From Adineta vaga (Eukaryota; Animalia; Rotifera), in NCBI GenBank assembly GCA_021613535.1, contig CP075494.1, positions 3,224,001-3,288,000 on the forward strand: a stretch of 64,000 bases of DNA, given 5' to 3'. The notes beneath the pieces were generated by a model that was given only the letters and a program-made list of their open reading frames with translations, was not told the DNA's origin and did not search any database. A program made the position numbers and the translations under genes. Within the stretch, counting starts at the first letter, position 1. Each line of letters starts with the position of its first letter. Below are positions 24,443 through 35,282 of the stretch, in pieces.

Positions 24443-26530
24443 ATGGAACAAACTTTTGTCCCATTTTCACCAGAAAACAATAATCTCGAAACATTCTCTC
24501 TTGTTTGGCTGGTAAAATCGATCAATGAAACAGAGAAAAACATGGATATTCAACAGCAATTTCGAGCATTGATTAATTATTTAAAGATATTTCAAGATGA
24601 TAATGAATGTGAAAATTATATTCGATCTTTACCAAAAGATGATCGAATTGTTCTAATTGTAAATAATCAAATAGGTGAAGAACTAGTGTCTCGAATTCAT
24701 CATCTACGACAAGTTTTTGCAGTTTATATTTACTGTACATGTGAAAAAACAAATCAACAATGGACTAAAACATTCTCTAAGGTAAATCAAATCTCTCAAT
24801 TTCTTGTTCGAAAAGTTTTGTAATATAGAACACATTATTGAATTTTTATTTCAGATTAAAAACGCAGGTATGCAGTTGGATAAATTTGTGAATGAAATTC
24901 AATTCGATCAAGAAAGAAGAATTCGTTACAAAATTGATGAACCATTTCTTGTAAATATTTTCAATACGAACAATTCTCAGGATCTATCCACTACTGAACT
25001 TAATGGACAATTCGTTTATTCACATCTGCTTGTTGACTGTTTACTCCGAATGGAATCGAATTCAAACGATAAAAATGAATTGATCGAAGTATGCGAACGT
25101 ATTATCATGGAAATATGCTACAATTGAATATTTTGAATGAATTTGAACGTAATTACTCGCCTGACAAAGCTCTTTGGTGGTATACAAGAGAATCGTTTCT
25201 ATATAGACTTTTAAACAAAGCTCTTCGTGTAAAGAACATTGATTTACTATTTCTCTTTCGATTTTTTATTCGTGACATTCAACAACAATTAGTGCAGTAT
25301 CAATGTTCGTCACCAATTCATATTTATCGAGGTCAACTGATGTCGAATGAAGAATTGCAGATATTGAGAAATTCTCTTGGACAATTAGTTTCAATGAACT
25401 CATTTCTCTCGACAACTATTAATCGTGACTTGGCCCTCTTTTATCTATCAGATTTTACTCCGACAAATGATTTACAAAAAGTTTTGTTGGATATCGATGC
25501 AGATCCTCTGCTTGTAGATAACATGCCATTTGCCAATATTACGTCACATAGTTATTTTCCTTGCGAAGAAGAGGTTCTCATAATGATAGGATCCACTTTT
25601 CGACTTGTCGATATTTATTATGATAAAAATCAAATATATATTATTCGTATGACATTATGCAGCAACGATGATTCCGATTTTCGAAGTAGTATTGAACAAA
25701 TGAGAAAAGAAAGTGATGATAACAACCAAGGGATGACGAATCTTCTATCATTTGGTAGTTTACTACGGATGATGGGTAAGTTCTATGAAGCCGAAAGGTA
25801 CTATCATCGTCTACTCAATGAACTTTCCTATGCTCATGAATGTATTGCTGATTGCTATTACGGTCTTGGGAAAGTGACTGAAGAACAAGGTGATTATGAT
25901 TCTAGTCTTATGTGGCATCATAAATCACTTGAGACCAAGATATTGACACTTGCTCCAACTGATTCTCATATTGCGGATAGTTACAACAGTATTGGCACCG
26001 TCTACTTTCGGAAAGATGATCACAAACGAGCACTGGAATCATATTACAAAGCATTCAAGATCAGAAAGCAAATATTCGGTGAGGATCATTCAACAATAGG
26101 CAACTATTTCAATAATGTAGGTGTTATCTATGAAAACGAGAAGAAATATACAGAAGCACTCAAATGTCATCAGAAAGCACTGAGTATTTACCAGAAGTGT
26201 TTTTCAGCTAATCATCTTACATTAGGCTTCTCGCATAATAATATTGGCGATGTATATCGAAATCTCGGACAGTATGATCTTGCACTAGATAATTACAATC
26301 TGTCACTCGAAATATATCGACGAATGCTTCCATCTCATCATCCCGCTATCGCAGAGTCGCTCACAAGCATTGGTCTTATCTACGAGAAGAAGGGCGAGTT
26401 AAAGCAAGCACTATGTTATTTCGAAGAAGCTATCACCATTGATTCTTATGCGGTACTTTCCACACATCCTCGTACAATTCTTACTAAAAAAGGCATCGAA
26501 CGTGTTTTGAAACAGCTCAACGAATGCTAG
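24443..26530 (+). CDS. Receiver-like + Arg-type ADP-ribosyltransferase + TPR protein; intron 24782-24854; 1-bp frameshift at about 25097
   Basis: LETFSLVWL N-terminal domain, WWYTRESFLYRLLNKALR, YRGQ, SFLSTT, PCEEEVL (R-S-E motif) and about 6 TPRs. Confidence 0.82.
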
Positions 26531-26692
26531 GACCATTCAATAATAGTAATCACAATGTTCGTGAAAATCAATAAAGCAAATATATGGGGTGTGGACGTCT
26601 GATGAGTGTTAAAAAATTTTATAAATAAAAAAAATTTATTGAAAAATTAGAATATCGATCTTTATCAAAAATATTCTTGATTTTTCGAAGAA

Positions 26693-26748
26693 CTTGAGGG
26701 TGTGGGTGTCAATATCTTGTAGTTACTCGCATCTTCACCCACACCCTG
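26693..26748. repeat. Telomere-like mini-hairpin copy
   Basis: Perfect 12-bp inverted repeat AGGGTGTGGGTG (26697-26708) / CACCCACACCCT (26736-26747). Confidence 0.75.
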
Positions 26749-26965
26749 ATAATACTGAATATACGACATCAAGAATCACTTACACAGATACCGTTTACTC
26801 ATTAATATATTATATCATAACGTTAGTTAGTTGCATTAGATCTTGTTATTACATGTATAATGTGACAACACAATTTTCACAAAAAAAAAAGAAATTCTAC
26901 ATAGACTTGTCATGAATAATAATATTTGCTTTATTGAGTTATTGTTGATGTATTTAACTTGCTGT

Positions 26966-27316
26966 TCAACTAAATCTATATGGCACTCCTTGCATTCCTC
27001 CGTAGTTACCCATACCACCCATGGGGTAACCGGTCATATTTCCCATTCGAGCCATAGGAAAACTACTCATGTTTCCACCAAGAAATTGCTGAAAAGCCAT
27101 ACCAAACTGTGGTGTCCATTGAACAATGACAGTCATTCCAGGTTGATTACCTAATGTGGTACCAAATCCACCAACAGATCCATATCCTCCATTAGTTCCA
27201 TAACCAACTTCTAAGCCTTCTTCAAGAACTTCATTGCCAACTCTTCTTGCTGCTCTACGACGATCGATTGGAAATGTCTTATATCCTTCAGATTTATTCA
27301 TAAAAAATTGAAACAT
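26966..27316 (-). CDS. Small Gly/Met/Asn/Tyr-rich low-complexity protein
   Basis: 116-aa ORF, richer in GC than its flanks, with a biased composition (GYGTNGGYG, PMGGMGNYGGMQG) and an AATAAA just downstream. Confidence 0.55.
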   Translation of the reverse strand: MFQFFMNKSEGYKTFPIDRRRAARRVGNEVLEEGLEVGYGTNGGYGSVGGFGTTLGNQPGMTVIVQWTPQFGMAFQQFLGGNMSSFPMARMGNMTGYPMGGMGNYGGMQGVPYRFS

Positions 27317-27885
27317 TTTGTTTTATAAAAGTTATACAAGTACTTGTGTAAGATAAATATGTTTCTTTTGACTATAAATGTGGTCGTGCACCTGTATTGA
27401 TGAGAAAGAAGATGCACTATGCAAAGTCATGTACTATTAATCACCTGTAGCGTATAAATTACTTTTTTCATATGCTTGAAAAACCAGTAAGTGTAGGCAA
27501 AATGTTTTTTTTGTTAGATTTCAAAAATAACACACGGCAAAACGAAAACTTGAACATGATGAAGGAAAGAAAAATACGTCATTTCATATAATTATATTGA
27601 CGACCAAAATATGAAATTGAATGGTATAATGAAGCATAGAATCAATAAACAAGGAAAAGGAAAACGTGTATACTCTCATCGTATACTAAAATAAAAAAGA
27701 TCCTTTTTGTTTCAATGAAAACTGATATGTTTTCTTTCTTTGAAGTCATGCGACACCTGTACCACGATTTCATCATACTAAGAAAATGAAAAGTTCACAC
27801 ATTCTGAGAATACCTGACTAGAATTTAGGGTACTTTAAAGACGAGCGAGAAGCAATTCGAAGGAGGTGTTGAATAAGCTCATAGT

Positions 27886-28035
27886 TTAAGTGTCCGTAAT
27901 GGTGGTATTGACACAATGATTGACGCATCCACAAGACGGCGGACAACATTTCTGATGTCGTGGACATTGATTATCTTTGCTGCAACATAAAGGATTATTT
28001 TGACACATTCCTTGAGAATGGTTGTATACTTTAGC
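27886..28035 (-). pseudogene. WAP (four-disulfide core)-like peptide exon, 5' part missing or disrupted
   Basis: A frame absent from the ORF track reads MCQNNPLCCSKDNQCPRHQKCCPPSCGCVNHC...*. Confidence 0.55.
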
Positions 28036-28740
28036 CTACGGTCTTCACCCACACTCACTCTATTCATATTTATCATTCGTTGTAGACTTAATCGATTTCT
28101 GCAGAAATAATGATCAAGTTACTAATTTCATAATTATTTTGTTTTTCAACGAACTAGTGTGATAGTTAATGCATCCAAGTTTTAAATACTTTACCGATAG
28201 TTTATCTGTGTTGAGTAAGCTAAAAGAAATTGTGAATTTATTCATGTAACAGTACGGATAAAACTAATTTGATAAATAACAAATTAGTTTTTAAACTTAT
28301 TTACAATCGTGTTTAGAAAGTATTAAACTATATGAAGTTGTTTTAGCACTAACAATGTTCATGATTCTACTGTTTATTCTCATGTTATTATTTATTACAA
28401 AAATATGCTAAAAAATTCTTATTAGCATTGTTTGTTAAGATTAGTTTGTGCAATTTGTAATGTATTTATTGATATAAAAAAAACGTTTTTTTTTCCAACT
28501 TTCAAGTCGCCATCTAACAGTGCTACTAAAAACAAAATGATAAGAAAATTCTCTTTACTACCTCTATTCTTACCTTTATTACTTAACAACGTCGTTATAT
28601 TTTTTCCTCGATTTATTCAAGTGTTGTAAGATTGATAACAATAAGTCATAAAATAAGAAGAAGGAAAATAATTCGTCAAGATAACAAAAAAGACTTACAA
28701 AATTTTACTCATAATATTCGCATTACAACAAAAAGAGTCA

Positions 28741-30753
28741 ATGACAAGTAGTAAATCAAGTTCAGTTTCAAAAGAAACACGTAGACGTCGTCATCTTGAT
28801 ATTCGAAAGATTCAAAATGTTCTTCTTATATGGTTGGATAGTAATATCGATGAGAATAATAAAGATTATGAAAATACAATCACACAACTTCGATGTGTAG
28901 TCAACGATCTCAATATTTATACAGATGGTGCTCAATGTATTCAATTCATTGAAACCATCAAAGATCGTAAGGCATGTATAATCATTTCAGGTTCACTTGG
29001 ACAGCTTATTGTACCTTCTGTACACAATCTGTCTCAAGTGGACTCCATTTTTATCTTTTGTGGAAACAAACAACGACATGAAGTATGGGCACAAACATGG
29101 CCCAAAATTAAGGGAGTTTTCATAGAGATCAAACCTATCTGTGAAGCTCTCAAACAAGCAGCACAACAGTGTGAACAAAATGCTGTATTGATGAGTTTTG
29201 TGAAATCTGGAAAAAGGTTGGATCAACTAGATCCTTCTTTTATGTACACACAAATTTTAAAAGAGATTTTATTGACCATTGACTTTGATGAGGCATATAT
29301 TCAAGACTATGTTGATCATTGTCGTGCTGGTTTTCGTAATAACAAAGAAGAATTGAAAAATATTAAACAACTGGAGCGGCAATATCACAGCAGAACACCT
29401 ATCTGGTGGTATACTTATCATTGTTTCTTATATCCCATGCTCAATCGTGCATTAAGAGAGATGAATGGTGATATTATAACACGAATGGGATTTTTTATTA
29501 AGGATCTACATCGACACATTGAACACGTACATCAAGAACAACAGATTGATGAAATCTTTACAGTTTATCGTGGACAAGGATTATCAAAAGCAGATTTTGA
29601 ACAACTAAAGCAAACAAAAGGTGGATTAATATCGTTTAACAACTTTTTATCCACTAGCAAGGTTAGAGATGTTTCACTTTGGTTTGCAAAACAAAATATG
29701 AGTAATCCAGATTTAGTGGCAGTTTTGTTCGTGATGACAATTGATCCAAAACAGTCAACGACAGAATTTGCATCGATTCGTGGCATTAGCTACTTTTCGG
29801 AAGAAGATGAAGTACTTTTTTCAATGCACAGCGTGTTTCGAATTCAGTATATCAAACAAATAGATGGACATAATGAACTCTTCGAAGTGAGTTTAGCATT
29901 GACCAGTGATAATGACAAGGAATTATATGCACTTACTGAGCGCATACGAGAAGATAGTTTTCCAGACACAGAAGGATGGTATAGATTAGGTTTAGTACTG
30001 GCTAAGTTGGGTCAAAATGAGAAGGCTGAAGAGATCTATGAAATTCTACTTGATCAAACAACGAACGAGAGTGAAAAAGCACCAATTTATGGTCAACTTG
30101 GTTCGATCAAATACAATCAAGGAGAATATGAAGAGGCAATCAGATTCTATGAAAAATCACTTGCCATCAAAGAAAAAACTCTTCTACCTCAAGAACCTGA
30201 GTTGGCTAAATCTTACAGCAACATCGGTGGGGTGTATTCCAATATAGGTGACTATCCGAAAGCACTTTCATACTATGAAAAAGCACTTGCAATTTGGCAA
30301 CAATCATTTCTTCCAAATCATCCTGATTTAGCTAAAGCTTACATCGCTCTTGGTCTTGTATATGACAGGATGGGTGAATATTTAAAAGCACTTTTATATT
30401 ATGAAGAAGCCCTTACAATTCAACAACAATCACTTCTTCCAAATCATCCTGATTTGGCAATGTCGTACACCAACATCGGTGCGGTGTATTATAACATGGG
30501 TGACTATCCAAAAGCAGTCTCAAATTATGAAGAAGCCCTTTCAATTGATCAGCAATCACTTCCTGCAAATCATCCTGATTTGGCCGCATCTTACAACAAC
30601 ATGGGTTTGGTGTATGAAAACATGAAGAACTATTCAAAAGCCTGTTCATTTTATGAGCGTGCTGTAAAAATTGGAGAAAAGTCACTATCTTCAAATCATC
30701 CGCGTTTTCAAAGATGGAAACACAATCTTGAACGCATGAAAAAGAATTTATAA
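28741..30753 (+). CDS. Receiver-like + Arg-type ADP-ribosyltransferase + TPR protein, intact and intronless
   Basis: LLIWLD...IISGSLGQ...SIFIFC, WWYTY..FLYPMLNRALR, YRGQG, FLSTS, SEEDEVLF and about 6 TPRs of the 42-aa HPDLA type. Confidence 0.9.
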   Translation: MTSSKSSSVSKETRRRRHLDIRKIQNVLLIWLDSNIDENNKDYENTITQLRCVVNDLNIYTDGAQCIQFIETIKDRKACIIISGSLGQLIVPSVHNLSQVDSIFIFCGNKQRHEVWAQTWPKIKGVFIEIKPICEALKQAAQQCEQNAVLMSFVKSGKRLDQLDPSFMYTQILKEILLTIDFDEAYIQDYVDHCRAGFRNNKEELKNIKQLERQYHSRTPIWWYTYHCFLYPMLNRALREMNGDIITRMGFFIKDLHRHIEHVHQEQQIDEIFTVYRGQGLSKADFEQLKQTKGGLISFNNFLSTSKVRDVSLWFAKQNMSNPDLVAVLFVMTIDPKQSTTEFASIRGISYFSEEDEVLFSMHSVFRIQYIKQIDGHNELFEVSLALTSDNDKELYALTERIREDSFPDTEGWYRLGLVLAKLGQNEKAEEIYEILLDQTTNESEKAPIYGQLGSIKYNQGEYEEAIRFYEKSLAIKEKTLLPQEPELAKSYSNIGGVYSNIGDYPKALSYYEKALAIWQQSFLPNHPDLAKAYIALGLVYDRMGEYLKALLYYEEALTIQQQSLLPNHPDLAMSYTNIGAVYYNMGDYPKAVSNYEEALSIDQQSLPANHPDLAASYNNMGLVYENMKNYSKACSFYERAVKIGEKSLSSNHPRFQRWKHNLERMKKNL

Positions 30754-31534
30754 CTCGTATTTGTATTACTTTTCTGTATCAAAAAACATAAATGTTTGAT
30801 ACAGGTGAACCTATGTATAGCAAACTCCGCTCATGGCTTTGCATACACAAAATAGACAGTATCATCCGTTCTAGTGAGGTGAACAAAACTTTTCTTCTTC
30901 GCCAAAAAGAATAATTCGTAATCTATATGCATAGAGGGAAAAATAATCAAAATTAGATCATCTTAAAATAGTGTGAAACGGATCAATATCGACGTACTGA
31001 GAAATGAACTATGTTTATACATATAATATCATCATATCAGACGATAGACATTTTATTACAATCTTTTTTTAATTTTAAGCACTTTTCCACTACTGTATCA
31101 CTAAGGATTTCGTCAAATAATTATAATATGCCATATTTACATTATAATAGTATCAGTTCTATATCACATCATTAAATGTAGATCGATGGAGTCATTCGAA
31201 CGTATCACTGAGAAAATACAGATAATAATGATAGTTTTTTCTACGCTTAGTCGCATGATCCGATGGATAACGAAAAAATAAATATCGAAATTCTCTAAAC
31301 AAGTCACTTTTACTATCCATTTTTTCTAGTTTTCAATATACTTTCTTTCATCAATACAAAGAAAGATGTCTGACTGTTTTTTTTTCTTTTGCCTGATATA
31401 TCATCTGTTGTTACTAATATGACCAGTGGCCTTTTGTATCATTATACTGAATAGCAGTTATAACACTTTATTAATGAGTTTACTGTTTAAATACATTCAC
31501 TGAAGGACAAATCGTCGTTGAACATTAATTAAAA

Positions 31535-32327
31535 TCACTCTGTGTTCTCATAAACTTTTGCGGGCATGCCATTATAGTAATATTTATGAATTTGCATCCA
31601 AGATCGCCATTTGCACCACCACCAACTCGATGATAATGATGCAGGATCAAAATTTATTTTTCGAACCATGACACCTGTTACAACTACACCTTGATACGGT
31701 TTTATAAACATTCCTTCCGGTGCTCGTAGTAAGAATTCAAGATCTTCATTGTTTGGAAAGTTTGGATCGATGTCACCTTGAACATTGACCTGAAGAGTTT
31801 CACGCTTCTTCAAAGGTATCAATTTTCTAGTATCGACTCCGTACCTCCAGTATAAATTGAAAGTACATATCATTGTGAAAAATTACACGTGCGTATCTTG
31901 GATGCGAAGAATAATGAATACTAGGAGAAAGATAGAGCGCTGGAAATCCATGTTGGCACTCGCGAACACGAAAGCCATTTTTAAGAATCTTATGAATGTT
32001 TCGTGGATCTGTACCATGATAAAGTGTGTGCCAACTTGGGCCCCAGTCCAAAAGAGACGTAGTATCTACATGAACGCTGAGGCGAAACCAAGTACTTGGA
32101 ACATAATAAGGAAATCGTTCCGGTGAGGACGCTAGTCGACCTCTCCAATAGGTATGCGTCGTTGTCATATTATGTTTTGTACAATCTTTTGTACAGTATC
32201 CACGATTGAATTGTCCATTCCAACGTATAGCTTTCACATGTACCAGCGATCGATCATCAATCTCGTCACATGTAAGAGGTACGCAACAACATAGGTCAAA
32301 TAGGTCAGCTGTAGATGAACTCGCCAT
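31535..32327 (-). pseudogene. PARP-fold (H-Y-E, NEURL4-like) ADP-ribosyltransferase domain protein with a 1-bp frameshift at about 31840
   Basis: WHTLYHGT, LYLSPSIHYS..PRYA, FQFILEVR|VD and NEDLEF. Confidence 0.7.
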
Positions 32328-33093
32328 ATTCAATTCTTATACCAAATATCTAAAACCATAAGGAAATCACATGTATTACAATAGAAAAAAAGATCAACTC
32401 GAAAGAATAGAATCCTAATAGAAAGCTCGAAAAATTTGAAGAATTTGAATAATGAAACAACATTGACCTTCTTAAAAAAAATGAATAAGCGTACTATTTC
32501 AGGTGAATCACAAGAAAGAAACACTGAAGAACATAGCCAAAGTGACTAAAGATTATGAAAAGTTGAGTGATAGTCTCGAGTTGACAAAATTTGGATCTTG
32601 AAATTTTCCTCCTATCGTTTCTTATACTTCACCTTCATTTGTTCGTGTATCGAGCAAATCAACACTTTCTTTACCAACTGCTAACAAAAAGTGTTGTAAT
32701 GATGTCAGTTCTGACTCTTTTATCGTATTAGTGCGTTGATGGAAAAATCCAACATTTTTTTTCTTTTCTTTCTTCATGTGCGTCATATATATCACGTGAG
32801 TATCTTACTGTTGTAACAAAAGATCAAATATTTCTTTAAGTTGGTATACTCTTCTATGCGTCTTATTAGAATAATTATAATTAGATCTTATTGTTAAACT
32901 GAAATAGTAAAACATAAACAATCACATTTATATTTTAGTGTAATTGAGGGTGTTTTTGGTGGTTAGAATTTTATATTCTATTGTACCTGATGACTTTTAA
33001 GACAAGAATAGTGTATTTAATTAGAATTAATTATTAATTTTCCAAAAAATTAAATCTCTTCGTCACACTTCTGCACACCCGCCAGATTTAGTT

Positions 33094-35208
33094 TTAATTC
33101 CACGTATCATCGAGCAAATCAAGTGGTGATAATGATTCGACATAAGGAATTCGTTTGACAGGTAATGGTATGGATGGTTTTTGCGTCTTTAGAAATTGTT
33201 CGAATTTTGCTCTTAGATCACCGATAAATATGTTCACTTGTTTAATCTCTTCATTAAGTTGTTGAGAGAGAGGTGATAGCAAATTCACTATTTCTATTTT
33301 TGCATTTTCTAAAAACGTTTTGAATATTTCCTGATCGAATTGATTCGAATTGTGCTGATCTGGTTCATTTGTAGGTTTACTCAAATCCTCGATTCCTTTT
33401 TTGAGACTTTTCAAATCACTGGCGAGATTGCTCAATTGCTGTTGTTTGTCAAGTAAATCTTGAAGTTGATGTCGAAGTTGGTTTTGTTCTTCGAGCAACT
33501 GACTAATATTCGTTTTATTATGTTTCGTTACCAATTGGTTGATTGTATTCTGATTATTAGCTTCCATTTCGGAGAACTTCTTCTGCAAATCAACACATTG
33601 TTTAGTAAGATCTGTTAACGAATTACGTAATCGATCGATTTCATCGAAAGCATTTCTTGTCAATATATTTGATTCATCAATTTGAGTTGATTTTATTTCC
33701 AATTCCTGTTTAATCAATTCCAGCTGTTGAAGAACTTCTTTTGAGTTCTTCGTATTGATATCGTTGATTGTTTGATTAAGCTCTTGACAAGATGATTGAC
33801 AATTCGAGAGTCCTACGCTCAATCGATCTAATTCATTAGTATGATGAATAATGTCTTTTTGAGCTTGAGAAAGACGTAAGTCAAGATCTTTTAAAACATT
33901 CGGTTGAATTAATAGTTTCCGAATTTGAATGATATCTTGACTGAGAGAAGGTATTCGATCAAGGAGAGAAAGAGCTTGTTGAATTCGATCTAGTTGATCC
34001 TTCAAACTGTCGAGATTCTTGGTAAATATCTCGAGTTTATTAAGATCAGAATGACGAGCATTGATAATTTGCTCAATATGTTGAGATAATTGATCGAGTG
34101 CATTTCGTTGAAGAAAAAGATTTTGAATGGAAACTGTATGTTGTTTTTGTTGATCATGTAGTCCTGTGATTTTCTCATCAAGATCAGCGTTTGTTTTGCC
34201 TACTTCACTTTTGTATTTCTTTAGTTCTACATGATATTGGTTGAATTGATTGCCTAATTTGCTCATGTCCTCGTCATGTCTAGTTTTGTCTTCGCCATAT
34301 TTCTCTTCAAATCGTCTGACACGTCCCAGTAACGCATCATGTTCTTGTCTCAGTTCGTTGTAGTTTTTTTCGAGCTGCTCAATTCGACGGAGTTGACCTC
34401 TGAAATAGAAATTCTTCATGCATTTATTCTGTCAAAAGTGTAGAGCTATCTTGAAATATTTATATAACTTACTGTGGTGTGGAGTTTTTCAAATGTTCAT
34501 CCACCAGTTCCTAGAAAGAAAAAACACGACTTCAAAATGAAAATATTTTCTCTGTGTAATGATCATACTTTAATAAAACTACGATTATTATACAATTTCA
34601 TTTCTCGTACTTTTTTGGCATGTGTCGCCTTAATATATAAATATCACATGTGCATGTGACACGAACTGAATACGCAATATTGAACATACTTCAAGTTGTC
34701 GACGCAATCGTGCATTTTCTTTATCAGTTTGTTCAGCTTGCTCTCGACGATCAACTTCAATCTGTCGATTGATATATTCACAACTACAAAAAACTCATCG
34801 CTATTATCGAATGATACAAAACAAAACAATCCATACTCTTCGAGAAGTTGATCGAGAAATTGTTGGGCAAATGGTATAGCGTGTTGTCGATTATTGACAT
34901 GTCGTGTTTGTGTTGCCACGACAGATTCATTGCCTCTCGGAAGCTTTCCTCACAAATATCAAATCTTTATTTGAATAGTACAATAATGAATGTTGCACTT
35001 ACAAGAGCTGCTTTTCGTAATCTTTCTTCGAGCAGTTTAGTGTATCGTTTCGTATCGGATGTTTCATCGGATGGAACAATTTGTCTTGAATAATTGAATA
35101 GAGATATTACAGAGAAGTAGACAGTTGTGTGAGAAAAACTTACGCAGATCGTGTGCGGCGACGACGTCGGCGTCGTCGTTCTGTTCGTTCTTCATCAGAA
35201 TTGGACAT
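33094..35208 (-). CDS. Multi-exon long coiled-coil protein
   Basis: The ATG at 35208 opens MSNSDEERTERRRRRRRRTRS. Several small GT-AG exons lead to a heptad-rich terminal exon of about 430 aa. Confidence 0.65.
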
Positions 35209-35282
35209 ATTAAAATCAAGTCTGTTATGGATTGATTTATATCTTAAAAAAAAGAAGCAGAAAAGTTAGGAAAGTTTATGTT

